The translations under genes were made by a program, and so were the position numbers. Source: a bacterium (GTDB lineage Bacteria > Ratteibacteria > UBA8468 > B48-G9 > DSTR01). Taken from it: 64,000 nucleotides of DNA. Positions 34,175-45,200 of this stretch are shown piece after piece. The stretch covers positions 168-64,167 of the forward strand of contig JAKPFT010000087.1 of NCBI GenBank assembly GCA_029551285.1, given 5' to 3'. Position 1 is the first letter of the stretch. Every line of letters begins with the position of its first letter. The notes under the pieces are model-generated. The model worked only from the letters and a program-made list of their open reading frames with translations. It did not search any database and was not told the DNA's origin.

Positions 34175-36825
34175 GGTCCCCCCTGCTTTTGGAAGACTGG
34201 CAAGCGGCATCTTTGATTCACTGACTGAACCTGACCGTAAGTTGTCTGTTCCGGTGCGCTGATGGTGAAAAAACCGCTACTTCCGCTCACTCCAGGCAAG
34301 TCTTTACTGGCTACCCGAATTTGATAATCGGCTCCTGCCGGCAGTGTCGCTGGAATACTCCACGGACAGAAACCTTCGCCCTGCTGGCCAGGGCTGACCG
34401 TGGTGATGGTACCAAGAAGAAGACCTGATTTCCACAACTGCACCGTAACCTGTGAACCCGGGAAACCCTGGTATTGCCAGCGGATAGTTTGACTGCTGCC
34501 GGCCGGCCAGATTTCGCCGGCCATGGGCGCCACTACGGCGATACTTCCATGAGAAATAGAAAAGGACCCGCTTTCGGCAAACAGAGAGGGATAACGATAA
34601 CTGGTCACCCTGATTAGATAGTTATCCCCCGGAGTCAGGTTCAGCGGTATTGCCCAGGTCTGAGTTCCTTCTCCGGCTTGGCCGACGCAGGAACCGGCGG
34701 AGATCAGTCCCTTCCTTTTTCCGCCTTGATAAAGTTCCATCCTTACCTGATTGCCCGGGTCTCCAGTGTACTGCCAGCGGATGGAAGCTGTCGTTCCGGT
34801 ATACCAGACCGCGCCTGGTTCCGGCGCCACCACCGCGATGCTTTTCTTATGGATGCTGAAAAATTGGGCGCTGGCATCACTGACCCAGGGGTACTCCTTG
34901 CTGGTGATGCGCATCCGGTAGCGGCTGCCTTCCGCAATCCCGGCTGGCTTCCAGGGATAACTGCCCTGGCCTTCCCGGCCAATGCTGACGCCATCAGAGA
35001 CTATTGCGGCTACTTCCTCTCCGTCCAGCAGGGCAATTTCCACATTACGGCCGGCCTGGCCGGTGTACTGCCAGCGGATGAGTTGAAGGCTGTCCCTGTC
35101 CCAGGACTCACCGCCAGCCGGCGAAAGAACTTTTAACCAGGCCAGTGGCTGAGTGATGGAGAGGGAAAAATCCCGGCGGTCACTCCCCGGTGGAGTGGAA
35201 CTATCTGTGACCTGAATCTGGAACGAGTAAACGCCGGCACTGGCCGGTGTTCCTTCCACACAGGCCTGGCTGTTGGCCGTGGTCAGGGTCAAGCCTGGCG
35301 GCAACTGGCCGCTAACCAGTGACCAGAAATAGGGTTTCTCACCGCCGTCAGCCAGGACCCTGTTCCGGTAAAATCTGCCAGTATAGCCGCTGGCCAGAGA
35401 GGGAGTAATAATTTTTACCTGGCCACCGACGACATCAAAGGCGTTGCTGCTGCCGCTTTTTCCCTGTGCCGCCACAGTGATGACATTGCCTGCTTTAACG
35501 GCATTGATGGTCACATTCCCTTCCCAGTAACCCTCGGTAAAATTGCCGGTGCTGGCAGGCGAAATAGTCCCGGTCAGGTCAGAAAGGGAAACCACACCAT
35601 TGAACTGGCGATAAAGTTGGCCACTCCTGTCCCGGGCCGTAATTTTCAGCAGGAAGGCAACGCCTGTCTTCTGGGGAGAAGAAATGGGGGAGACCTCAAA
35701 TCTTTCCAGGCTGGGCGGGGCACCAAGCGCATAAAAAGTTCCATCCGAACAACCTGAGAAAACCGTGCCGTCAGCGCCGATGGCTGGCGAGGCAGCACCT
35801 GCGGGACTGCCGAGAGCAAACTTCCACTTCAGCCGTCCGTTGCGGTCTATGCAATAAAGATGGCCGTCGTTACACCCGAAATAAAAGTTGTTCTGGCTGT
35901 CCACAGCTGGTGAAGATTCTACAGTGTTCTCTGTCCGGTAGAGCCACTTAAGTTTGCCGAAGCCATCCAGCGCTGCGAGGAAATTTCCGGCGCCAACATA
36001 GATGCGGCCGTTGAAATCTATGGCTGGAGAAGAGACCAGCGCCGCCCCGAAACTGTACTTCCACCTTTCTGTTCCCCCGCCGCTGACACCATAAAAGTAA
36101 CCGGCCTGGTTGCCCAGATAGATTGTCCCGTCAGGGCCAACTGAAGGAGCGTGGGTTATGGCTGAGCCGGTCACCACCCGGAAAAGGAGTTTTCCTTCCG
36201 GGTTGAATCCATAAAGACTGCCATCAGAAGAACCGACATAGATTTCCCCGGAAAAACCAATCACCGGAGAGGAGAAAACAGGGCCTTCTGTCTGGAATTT
36301 CCAGCGGACGGTCCCGTCAGATTTCAAGGCGTAGAGGCACCGATCACCGGAACCAACATAGATAGTCCCCTCACTGTCTATCACCGGAGAAGAGAAATTA
36401 CCCCCGGTGGTGGTCAGTTTCCACTTCAAACTTCCGGTGGCAGAAACAGCGCAAAGCGCGCCTTCTCCGGAACTGACATAGGTGCTCAGATAGACCGTAC
36501 CGTCACTGCCCAGGGCCGGCGAGGAACGGATGGTGCCGCCTGGACGAAAACTCCAGCGTAAGGTGCCATCAGGCGCTAAGGCATAAAGAGTGCCTTTTTC
36601 TGAGGTAAAATAAACGCTGCCGTCGGAACCTATAGCCGGGGAAGAGACAATCGCGGCGTCGGCTTTGAACTTCCATTTCAGGGAAGGTTGTTCTGGTCCA
36701 GGCACTGTGGCCCGGCCGGTGTGTCTGGCATCGTGGCGAAACATTGGCCAGACTTCGGATGCTTCGGGATAGCCGCAGGAAAAAATCAAAGAAAGACAGG
36801 CAACCAGCCAGATTTTTCCGCTCAT
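34171..36825 (-). CDS. Lipoprotein with PQQ-like beta-propeller repeats followed by three Kre9/KNH-like Ig-type repeats
   Basis: Start placed at MSGKIWLVACLSLIFSCGYP (lipobox LIFSC), preceded by a GGAGGAG RBS; the longer track ORF is an N-terminal extension. Repeated GTLYA...DGT(L/V)RW(K/S)F blocks. Three G(Q/F)(A/P)G..V.(I/M/V).L..(G/S)..(repeat) segments. Confidence 0.6.
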   Translation of the reverse strand: MSGKIWLVACLSLIFSCGYPEASEVWPMFRHDARHTGRATVPGPEQPSLKWKFKADAAIVSSPAIGSDGSVYFTSEKGTLYALAPDGTLRWSFRPGGTIRSSPALGSDGTVYLSTYVSSGEGALCAVSATGSLKWKLTTTGGNFSSPVIDSEGTIYVGSGDRCLYALKSDGTVRWKFQTEGPVFSSPVIGFSGEIYVGSSDGSLYGFNPEGKLLFRVVTGSAITHAPSVGPDGTIYLGNQAGYFYGVSGGGTERWKYSFGAALVSSPAIDFNGRIYVGAGNFLAALDGFGKLKWLYRTENTVESSPAVDSQNNFYFGCNDGHLYCIDRNGRLKWKFALGSPAGAASPAIGADGTVFSGCSDGTFYALGAPPSLERFEVSPISSPQKTGVAFLLKITARDRSGQLYRQFNGVVSLSDLTGTISPASTGNFTEGYWEGNVTINAVKAGNVITVAAQGKSGSSNAFDVVGGQVKIITPSLASGYTGRFYRNRVLADGGEKPYFWSLVSGQLPPGLTLTTANSQACVEGTPASAGVYSFQIQVTDSSTPPGSDRRDFSLSITQPLAWLKVLSPAGGESWDRDSLQLIRWQYTGQAGRNVEIALLDGEEVAAIVSDGVSIGREGQGSYPWKPAGIAEGSRYRMRITSKEYPWVSDASAQFFSIHKKSIAVVAPEPGAVWYTGTTASIRWQYTGDPGNQVRMELYQGGKRKGLISAGSCVGQAGEGTQTWAIPLNLTPGDNYLIRVTSYRYPSLFAESGSFSISHGSIAVVAPMAGEIWPAGSSQTIRWQYQGFPGSQVTVQLWKSGLLLGTITTVSPGQQGEGFCPWSIPATLPAGADYQIRVASKDLPGVSGSSGFFTISAPEQTTYGQVQSVNQRCRLPVFQKQGGP

Positions 36826-36897
36826 CGGCACTCCTCCAGTTGACGTCAGTGGCCACCCTGATAAAATATACTGCGTCAGAGAAACAAAGTCAAGGCC

Positions 36898-37635
36898 ATG
36901 ATGATGGACAGAAGTTGCTTCCTGAAAAGGGAGAAAAAAGTCCTGGTGATTATCCCGGCCTTCAACGAAGCCAGCAGTATCGTCGGGGTTGTTCGGGGCG
37001 TGAAACAATCTTTTCCTGAAGCCGACATCCTGGTGGTGGATGATGGCTCAAAAGACGCTACCGGAGAACTGGCTCGGCAGGAGGGGGCCGGTGTGGTGCG
37101 ACTGCCTTTCAACCTGGGGGTGGGCGCAGCCCTCCAGACAGGCTACAGGTACGCGCTGAGGTATGCCTACGAGTTCGTTGTTCAACTGGACGCCGATGGC
37201 CAGCATGACCCTCTTTACCTGCCGGAATTGCTTCGGCCGTTAAGTGAAGACCAGGTTGACCTGGTGATTGGTTCCCGGTTTCTTGAAAGAAGCAGATTTC
37301 CAGGTTCATGGACCAGGCTGGTGGGTATCAAAATCTTTGCCTTTCTGACCTGGCTGGCGACCGGGCAGAGGCTGACTGACCCGACTTCCGGCTACCGGGC
37401 CATGAGGCGGTCGGTAGTGGAATTTTTCTGCAGCGATTTTTTCCCTCATGATTATCCTGACGCTGATGTCCTCATCACTACCTGCCGGGCCGGGTTTCGC
37501 CTCAAGGAAATTCCTGTGGTGATGAAGGAACGGCTAACCGGCTGTTCTCTCCATCGCGGACTGAAACCCTTTTACTACATCTACAAGATGTTTCTATCCA
37601 TTCTGGTGAGCGTTTTGCGCCAGGACTGGAGGTAG
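36898..37635 (+). CDS. GT2 family glycosyltransferase, polyprenyl-phosphate sugar (Ppm/DPM1-like) synthase type
   Basis: 245 aa. VLVIIPAFNEASSI...ILVVDDGSKDAT...DADGQHDP motifs of dolichyl/polyprenyl-phosphate mannose or glucose synthases. Confidence 0.8.
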   Translation: MMMDRSCFLKREKKVLVIIPAFNEASSIVGVVRGVKQSFPEADILVVDDGSKDATGELARQEGAGVVRLPFNLGVGAALQTGYRYALRYAYEFVVQLDADGQHDPLYLPELLRPLSEDQVDLVIGSRFLERSRFPGSWTRLVGIKIFAFLTWLATGQRLTDPTSGYRAMRRSVVEFFCSDFFPHDYPDADVLITTCRAGFRLKEIPVVMKERLTGCSLHRGLKPFYYIYKMFLSILVSVLRQDWR

Positions 37636-37637
37636 GC

Positions 37638-38009
37638 ATGCTCTTCCGACAGAAAGTCTTTGCGATTGTGGTCAGCCTTCTGGTGATCGTGGGTATTGTG
37701 GAACTGGTCAGGCGGAGAAAACTGGCTGAGGAATATTCCTTTCTCTGGCTGGTCACCGGTTTTCTGCTGCTTCTGGTGACAGTGAAACTTGACGTGCTGA
37801 TTTTCCTGAGCCGGCTGATTGGCGCAGAAGTACCCACCAACACCCTTTTCATTTTTGGCCTGATTTTTCTCATGCTGCTGGCCCTCCACTTTTCCCTTAA
37901 GTTTTCTCAGATGGCCAGCCAGATAAAGAACCTGGCTCAGGAAGTGGCGCTTCTTCAGAAAAAAGTTGAAGACCAGGGACAGTTTCTGAGCGGGGACGGC
38001 GCCCGGTGA
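37638..38009 (+). CDS. Small 3-TM membrane protein (DUF2304-like) commonly paired with GT2 enzymes
   Basis: 123 aa with three predicted TM helices. Immediately follows the GT2 gene and overlaps the GT4 gene by 4 nt. Confidence 0.45.
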   Translation: MLFRQKVFAIVVSLLVIVGIVELVRRRKLAEEYSFLWLVTGFLLLLVTVKLDVLIFLSRLIGAEVPTNTLFIFGLIFLMLLALHFSLKFSQMASQIKNLAQEVALLQKKVEDQGQFLSGDGAR

Positions 38010-39148
38010 GAACTCAGGTGATGCGTCTGTGTTTCATTGTTGACTACTACCTTCCCCATATTGGCGGTGGCGAGGTTTACGTTTCCGGACTGGCGGAAGA
38101 GCTAGTCCGGCGGGGTCATGCCTGTGTGGTGGTCACGGCAAGGTTTGACAGGAGATTGCCTGTCAGAGAAGTGATTAACGGCGTCACCGTTGTTAGAATT
38201 TCTCTGCCGCGGCCATCCCGTCTTTGTTTTTTTGTGTTGGGGTTACCGCGGATGATGGAGGAGGCGAGAAAATCTGATGTGGTCATCGGTGCTTCCTATG
38301 GCGGGGCAGTACCGGCCTTTCTAACCGGATTTTTCTCCGGAAGACCGTGCTGCCTGATTGTCTACGAATTCATGGCTGGATTGTGGAGAAACCTGGAGTC
38401 AAATCCGGTGAGGGCCTTTTTCTACCAGGCTGTGGAACGGCTGATTGCCGGGTTACCCTTTTCCTGCTTCCTGACGCTTTCCCGTTACACCAGAAATACT
38501 CTGAGGCTTCTGGGAGTAGCTGACAATAGGCTGGAAGTTGCTTACGGCGGTGTGGACCGGCTGGTAGAAGAAAGTATCAGCAAGGAAGGACACCGAAAGG
38601 TGGACTTTGGCTTCCCGGAAAATTCATTCGTTTTCCTGACCTCTGGCCGGACCGGCATCAGCAAAGGTATAGAGTTAATGGCTCAGGCGGCCGGTTTGAT
38701 TCTGAAAGCAAGGCCGGAAGCCCGTTTTGTTTTCATTGTCACTCCAGGACACCCTGGGAAATGGCAGCAAACAGTGGCCAGTCTTAACAAACTTCCACCA
38801 GACACCTTCAGGCTCATCCCGGGTCTGCCGCGGGAGAAACTGCTACTATACCTTGCTGCCGCTGACTGTGTTATCATTCCCTCATTGTCTGAAGGTTTTG
38901 GCTTTGCGGCTCTGGAAGCCTGCTTTTTTGGCAAGCGCGTTGTGGCCACCGATGCCGGTTCTCTTCCGGAAGTTGTCTTCGGGAGATACCGACTGGTAAA
39001 ACCCGGCTCGGTAAAGGCTCTGATGGAAGGTTGTCTCCAGGCGTTAAGGGACGAGCTGGAAGAGTCTCCAGTAAAAAATTTCTCCTGGTCAAAGACTGCC
39101 GGTAAGGTGGAAAACATCTGTCTGGGACTTCTCCGGAAATGGCGATGA
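38006..39148 (+). CDS. GT4 family (GT-B) glycosyltransferase
   Basis: 380 aa. N-terminal GGGEVYVSGLAEELVRRGH and a C-terminal E...E-type GT4 region (PSLSEGFGFAALEA). Confidence 0.8.
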   Translation: MRTQVMRLCFIVDYYLPHIGGGEVYVSGLAEELVRRGHACVVVTARFDRRLPVREVINGVTVVRISLPRPSRLCFFVLGLPRMMEEARKSDVVIGASYGGAVPAFLTGFFSGRPCCLIVYEFMAGLWRNLESNPVRAFFYQAVERLIAGLPFSCFLTLSRYTRNTLRLLGVADNRLEVAYGGVDRLVEESISKEGHRKVDFGFPENSFVFLTSGRTGISKGIELMAQAAGLILKARPEARFVFIVTPGHPGKWQQTVASLNKLPPDTFRLIPGLPREKLLLYLAAADCVIIPSLSEGFGFAALEACFFGKRVVATDAGSLPEVVFGRYRLVKPGSVKALMEGCLQALRDELEESPVKNFSWSKTAGKVENICLGLLRKWR

Positions 39149-40092
39149 AACAGTGTCTTTTCTGCGGTCAAAAGGTTTTTGTCCAGCGCTATTGTGGTAT
39201 TCCGGACCGGCTGGGCATGAGTAAAAAGTTGCACGCCATCTTAGAATGTGCTTTTTGTCACTCCTTTCAGGTGGAGCCGATACCTTCGGCAGAGGAAATG
39301 GCCCGGCTTTACCCGCCAGCTTATGCCTTCAAAGAAACCACCGGCGGTCCCGGCCGAAGATTCTGGAACAGGATTGAATGGCAGATTTTTTATGCTCCGG
39401 TGCTGAGAGCGTGTGTTAATCTTGTCAGAAGACATACGGGCGTTGAGCAGGGGAAAATTCTGGATATCGGTTGTGGCAGCGGGCTGAGACTGAAGGAGTT
39501 TTCCCGGGCCGGTTTTCAGACAGAAGGGGTTGATTTCTCTAAGGAAGATGTTGACTACGCCAGGGAAAAACTGGGGCTGGCCGTCACCAGAGTCAACATT
39601 GAAGAAGAAAACTTGCCAGAGGGTAACTATGAGCTGGTGATGGCCTACTGGGTGATGGAGCACCTGAGAGAACCGGCTCTTCTAACAAGAAAGATTTACG
39701 CTGCGCTCAAATCAGGCGGCTGGGCAGTTTGTGGTGTGCCGCTGAGTGACAGTCTGGTCTCAAGGGTTTTCCGCGGCCGCTGGAGCGCGGTCAGAGAAGC
39801 GCCCAGGCACCTTGGTATTCCTTCCCGGAAAGGTATGAGAGAACTTCTGAAGCAGGCCGGATTTCAAAAAGTCTTCTGGAAACCGGTGTCTCTTTTTGAG
39901 CTGGCCGGTGATGTGGCTCTTTCGCTCTGGCCCAGGGGAAACTTTGTTCTCACCCAGAACAAACCAGGCTGGGTCGGTGTGGGTGACCGGCTGATGACAG
40001 GTTTTTTGACCCTGCTGGGCCTGCCGCTGGTGGGCCTGATTACCATCCTGAAGTTCCCGCCAGGGTTGACAGTCTTCTTCGCTCAGAAGTAG
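39139..40092 (+). CDS. Class I SAM-dependent methyltransferase
   Basis: 317 aa. ILDIGCGSGL motif I. N-terminal C4 zinc-ribbon-like CxxC..CxxC. Overlaps the GT4 gene by 10 nt. Confidence 0.75.
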   Translation: MAMKQCLFCGQKVFVQRYCGIPDRLGMSKKLHAILECAFCHSFQVEPIPSAEEMARLYPPAYAFKETTGGPGRRFWNRIEWQIFYAPVLRACVNLVRRHTGVEQGKILDIGCGSGLRLKEFSRAGFQTEGVDFSKEDVDYAREKLGLAVTRVNIEEENLPEGNYELVMAYWVMEHLREPALLTRKIYAALKSGGWAVCGVPLSDSLVSRVFRGRWSAVREAPRHLGIPSRKGMRELLKQAGFQKVFWKPVSLFELAGDVALSLWPRGNFVLTQNKPGWVGVGDRLMTGFLTLLGLPLVGLITILKFPPGLTVFFAQK

Positions 40093-40114
40093 TTCAAAGG
40101 AGTTCGGGAACAAC

Positions 40115-42277
40115 ATGAAGAAGCGGATTAAACCCGACGGTATTGACCGGAAAGACTTAAGCGGCAGCCAGATTATCCTTCTAACGGTGCTTTTGGTGCT
40201 TGCTGGTTTTTTGCTTTACTGGCCTTCCATGAAAGGTCCCTTTGTTCTTGACGATTACCACTCCATTCTTTCTAACAGGGCTCTTCAGACATTCAATCCA
40301 GCCGCTCTCTGGAATTTCACCAGAACCCGCTTTCTGACTTATTTCACGCTGGCGGCTAACTGGCGTCTGTCAGGGGAAAAGACTTTCAGTTACCATCTGG
40401 TGAATGTAGCCATCCACCTTCTGGCCACTTTTTCTTTCTGGCTTCTGGTCACCCTTTTGTTAAGAACACCAGGATTGGAAAAGACAAAACCTGCTGGACC
40501 GCCGGTCTTAACCGGTCTTGTGGCGGCAGCAGTTTTCCTGGTTCACCCAGTGGCTACCCAGGCGGTCAGCTACCTTGTTCAGCGCGCTACTTCTCTGGCA
40601 ACCTTTTTTTATCTTACCAGTGTGGTTCTTTTCTTAAAATTTCGGATGGCTGAAGGTGCTCTTCGGAAAGGAAAATGGCGATGGTACCTGCTGGCCGTGC
40701 TGACCACCTGGGCGGCGATGTTCACCAAGGAAATCTGTTTTACGCTGCCGGTGATGATAGTGATGGTTGACCTTCTTACTTTCCCCGGGAAAAAGTGGCG
40801 AGGAAGAATTTTATGTTATCTCCCATTTCTTGTCTCTCTAAGTTTCATCCCACTACTGCTTGTTGCCACAAAGAACTTTAACCTGGGCGAGTTAGGCCGG
40901 GTGGCAGAGCCAGCCGGGGCTATTTCTCCCTGGCATTACCTTTGCACTCAGTTCCGGGTCCTGGTAACTTACCTTCGTCTCCTGATTCTTCCAATCAACC
41001 AGAACCTTGACTACCAGTACACGCTTTTTCGCAGTTTTTTCCATGTGCCGGTGGTGGCCAGTTTTATTCTGCTGTTGCTGGTGGCACTTGGTGGCATCTT
41101 TGCCTGGTGGCGGGGAAACCGGCTGGCTGGCCTGGCCGTTCTCTGGTTTTTTCTGACACTTTCTGTGGAATCAAGTTTTATTCCCATAAGTGACCTCATT
41201 TTTGAGCACCGGCTCTACCTGCCGCTGGCCGGCTATGCCATGGCGTTTGCTTCTGGTTTTTACTGGTGCCAGCGTGAAGGCAGCCGCAGACTGGCTAACC
41301 TAACTCTATTTCTGCTGATGATTCTTTATTCAAGCCTCACCCTTCAGCGAAACTTTCTCTGGGCAGACGATTTAAAACTCTGGCTGGACACCGCGGCCAG
41401 GAGTCCGAACAAAGCCCGCGTCCTTAACAACCTGGGTGCAGTTTACAACAACCGCCGCCAGTATCAGCAGGCCGTCCAGGTTCTGAGTCGGGGTCTTTTC
41501 TTCGCTCCGCGTTTTTATCCACTCTACCTCAACCGCGGTCGGGCCTTGATGGAATTAGGTGACACCCGGGCCGCCCTTTCTGATTTTCTTTCAGGGCTGG
41601 CTCTCCAGCCAGAAGCCGGTGATATTCATCTCAACATTGCGGTCCTTTATGCCCAGTTAGGCGATTATCAGAAAGCCCTGTACCATCATCAGCGCTCCAT
41701 TGAACTGCTGCCGGACAGCGCCACAGCCTACAACAACCGGGCTTCCACCTATACCCGGATGGGATATTACGACTTAGCCATCGCTGACTGCGAGAAAGCA
41801 CTTTCTCTCAACCCGAAACTGGCTGAGGCTTGTTTTAACTTAGCCAGTGCCTGGGAAGAGAAAGGGGACAGAGAAAGGGCAGTCAGGTACTACACCAGAG
41901 CCATTGAGGTCAAACCTGATTATTTTGACGCCTATACCAATCGCGGGACAACCTATCGTTTTCTGGGTCAGACCGAGAAAGCCCTCGCCGACTACAGCCG
42001 GGCGATTTCCCTGAAGCCTGATAATCCTGGTGCCTATAACAACCGGGGCAATATCTATCTGGAGCGTCGTGAATATCAACGAGCCATTCAAGATTATAAC
42101 CAGACCTTGAATCTTCAGCCGGCGCATGCGGTGGCTTACTTTAACCGGGCGGTAGCCTACTTCAACCTTAAGGATTACCGTCAGGCCGCCGAAGATGTCA
42201 GAAAGGCGCAGCAGTTAGGGCTGAAGGTGCCGGCTGACTTCCTCCAGTTGCTCTCCTCAGTCGGAGCCAATCCCTGA
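40115..42277 (+). CDS. TMTC/PMT-like GT-C membrane glycosyltransferase homolog (DUF1736/PMT_2-like N-terminal polytopic domain) with C-terminal TPR array
   Basis: 720 aa. About 11 TM helices with a conserved YHLVNVAIHL motif. Then about 9 TPR repeats (AYNNRG..Y. pattern). Paralog of the 56383..58965 gene. Confidence 0.7.
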   Translation: MKKRIKPDGIDRKDLSGSQIILLTVLLVLAGFLLYWPSMKGPFVLDDYHSILSNRALQTFNPAALWNFTRTRFLTYFTLAANWRLSGEKTFSYHLVNVAIHLLATFSFWLLVTLLLRTPGLEKTKPAGPPVLTGLVAAAVFLVHPVATQAVSYLVQRATSLATFFYLTSVVLFLKFRMAEGALRKGKWRWYLLAVLTTWAAMFTKEICFTLPVMIVMVDLLTFPGKKWRGRILCYLPFLVSLSFIPLLLVATKNFNLGELGRVAEPAGAISPWHYLCTQFRVLVTYLRLLILPINQNLDYQYTLFRSFFHVPVVASFILLLLVALGGIFAWWRGNRLAGLAVLWFFLTLSVESSFIPISDLIFEHRLYLPLAGYAMAFASGFYWCQREGSRRLANLTLFLLMILYSSLTLQRNFLWADDLKLWLDTAARSPNKARVLNNLGAVYNNRRQYQQAVQVLSRGLFFAPRFYPLYLNRGRALMELGDTRAALSDFLSGLALQPEAGDIHLNIAVLYAQLGDYQKALYHHQRSIELLPDSATAYNNRASTYTRMGYYDLAIADCEKALSLNPKLAEACFNLASAWEEKGDRERAVRYYTRAIEVKPDYFDAYTNRGTTYRFLGQTEKALADYSRAISLKPDNPGAYNNRGNIYLERREYQRAIQDYNQTLNLQPAHAVAYFNRAVAYFNLKDYRQAAEDVRKAQQLGLKVPADFLQLLSSVGANP

Positions 42278-45200
42278 TTACGGCGTGTCCGTGAGAGAAA
42301 GGGCCCGCCGGAGAATTCTAATCACATCAAGGATGGTGACCGCGCTGTCTTCGTCCAGGTCAGCCACCGCAGGCCTGGCCACTTCCAGACCCAGGGCCAT
42401 TCTCAGACACACCATCACATCAAGAATGTCAATGGTGTCGTCTCCGTTCAGGTCGGCTTTCCCGTTCCAGAGGACCGGCACCGGTACCAGTTTATCGGCG
42501 GTGTCACCACTGGCCCTGGGAGACAGTTGTCCCCAGAACCAGAGCGAGCCGTTAGCCTTCACGGCCAGGGTAGCACTTTCAGCCACAGAGACGCTCACCC
42601 AGTCAGTTTCCTGACCCACCCTCACCGGAACGACCCGGTCCACGCTGGAGCCATCGCCCAGCCGGCCATAGCCGTTGTGTCCCCAGGTCCAGAGAGAACC
42701 ATCTTTCTTCAACGCCGCGCTGTGGGCTTCGCCAGCCGAGATGGCTACCCAGTCGGCTCCGCTGAGCATCACCGGATAAGGCCGGTCCACAGTGGTCCCA
42801 TCACCTAACTGGCCGTACCAGTTAGAACCCCAGGCCCAGAGCGTGCCGTTGGTCTTAAGCGCTATGGTATAACTTGTTCCAGCCGAGATGGCCAGCCAGT
42901 CAGTATCAAAGCCGATACGCACCGGGCTGGGCCGGTCAAGGTAAGTACCGTCGCCTAACTGCCCGCAACTGTTGTCACCCCAGGCCCAGAGCGTGCCGTC
43001 GGCTTTAAGGGCCACGGTGTGGCGGCCACCAGCGGAAACAGCCTTCCAGTTGTTGGCAGTACCGACCTGCTGGGGTAGATGATGGCTGCTGATGCTGCCG
43101 TCACCTAACTGTCCGCAACTGTTATCGCCCCAGGTCCAGAGCGTCCCATCGCCTCTGATGGCGGCGCTGTGTTTTCTTCCGGCAGAGACAGCCTGCCAGA
43201 ACTGGCTGCTGATGAGAAGCGGTTGGTTTCTGCTGGCGGTGGAACCATCGCCTAACTGGCCACAGTCATTTTCACCCCAGGCCCAGAGGCTACCATCACT
43301 GGCAATAGCCAGGCTATGACTGGTTCCGGTGGAGACGCGGCTCCAGGTCTTCTCAGGCAGCACCGGCACCGGCTGGCTCTTGCTCACCGTGGAACCATCG
43401 CCCAGCTGGCCGGCGCTATTTTCGCCCCAGGTCCAGAGGGTGCCGTCAGCCTTGACAGCAGCAGCGTAACTGCCACCGCCTTTCGTGCTGCGCCAATCAG
43501 TGGCGATACCGACCTGGGTGGGCGTGCTCTTGCTGGTTCGGGTGCCATCGCCTAACTGACCATAAGCATTGCTTCCCCAGGCCCAGAGTGTTCCGTTGGT
43601 GCCGTCATAGCGCAGTCCGAGGGAGTGCTGTCCGCCAGCGGCAATGGAAACCCAGGTGTTTTCCAGTCCTACCCGGTTGGGCAATTTGTTCATGGTTTCG
43701 CTGTTGACATCTTCGGAGACGCCCAACTGGCCATAGGTGTTGTTACCCCAGGCCCAGAGGGTACCGTCTTTCTTAATGGCCAGGGTGTGAGCCCATCCGG
43801 CTTCCACATCCTGCCAGTTGGTATCACTGTTAACCTGGGTTGGAGTTGAGGCTGGCCCGGTGCCGCCGGTGCCTAACTGGCCGTAGTCGTTGGCGCCCCA
43901 GGCGTAAAGAAGACCATTGCTCTTGACCGCCACCGAGTGGTACCAGCCAGCAGTAATCTTTGCCCAGTTGGTTTCCGAACCTATCTTTCTGGGCAGATAG
44001 AAATCCGTGGAGCTGCTGGTCCGGCCTAACTGACCGTAGGCGTTGTTGCCCCAGGACCAGATTGTGCCGTCGCTCTTCATCGCCAGGGTGTGGAACCAGC
44101 CGCAGGCCACAGCCACCCAGTTATTCTCGGTGCCAATCCGCACCGGCGAGTACCGGGTGACCGTAGTTCCGTCACCTAACTGGCCATAACTGTTCTGACC
44201 CCAGGCCCAGAGAGACCCGTCAGACTTGAGAGCCACCGTATGAGCCGAGCCAGCAGAAACGGCTACCCAGTCGCTATCCAGACCAATCTGCACCGGTGTT
44301 AGCCTGTTGGTGGCTGTGCCATCGCCTAACTGACCGTAGTTGTTAGCGCCCCAGGCCCAGAGGGTCCCATCGGTCTTGATGGCCAGGGAGTGGGAATGAC
44401 CGGCGGCTACGAGGCTCCAGTTGGTGTCCGTGCCAATCTGTACCGGCACCAGGGCGTCGTTATTGGTGCCATCGCCAATCTGGCCGGAGTTATTGCGTCC
44501 CCAGGCCCAGAGGGTTCCGTTACGTTTAATCCCTAAGGAATGGAACTGGCCCGCGGCAATCTTGCCCGGCGCAAAGTTGGACGGACCGGAGGCTACGGAA
44601 ACAGTTACTGTGACCAGTTCTGTTTCGGTATAAGCGTCGTCATTGATTCTGACGGTTGCGGAATAACTTAGTCCAGGCACCAGGTTGGTCCGGTTCACAG
44701 TCACACTGACGGAAACTGGCTGGTCGCTGACAGTGCCATTGGCCGGCACGATACTGGTAATCCAGTCGGCTCCCTGCTGATAAATCACCGTGCTCAGCCA
44801 GGCAACAGAACCTGTGCCGGCATTAGCCAGGTTGAAACTCATGGTGTTGATGGTGGTGCCGAAATTGAGCGTGGCTGGATTAACCGTCAGGTTGGGCGTG
44901 ACCACCATGCGCACCGGTATGGTTCTCACCTGGCTTCCGGCAGTGACGGTGATGTCACTGTTGTAAGTGCCGACAGGTAGTCCCTGGCGGTTGACTTCCA
45001 CCACCACGGTATCCACTTCTGTAGTGGTCGTGCCGGAAGCCGGGCTAATACTGGTAATCCAGGCAGCGGTCCTGGTAATGTTCCAGTTCAGGGTTCCGCC
45101 GCCGGTATTTCTGATGTTTAACTGCAGACTGGTGAGACTTCTGTCAAAGTCAAGGCTATCCGGCGTGACCAAAAGTTCCGGTGAAGCCACGGCCATCATA

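Noticed and set aside
36826-37008. Upstream extension of the PQQ lipoprotein ORF (MFHAPNNPDD...) overlapping the GT2 gene on the other strand
   Set aside because: The internal Met followed by a canonical lipoprotein signal (LIFSC) and preceded by a GGAGGAG RBS is a far better start. The extension has no signal or TM region.
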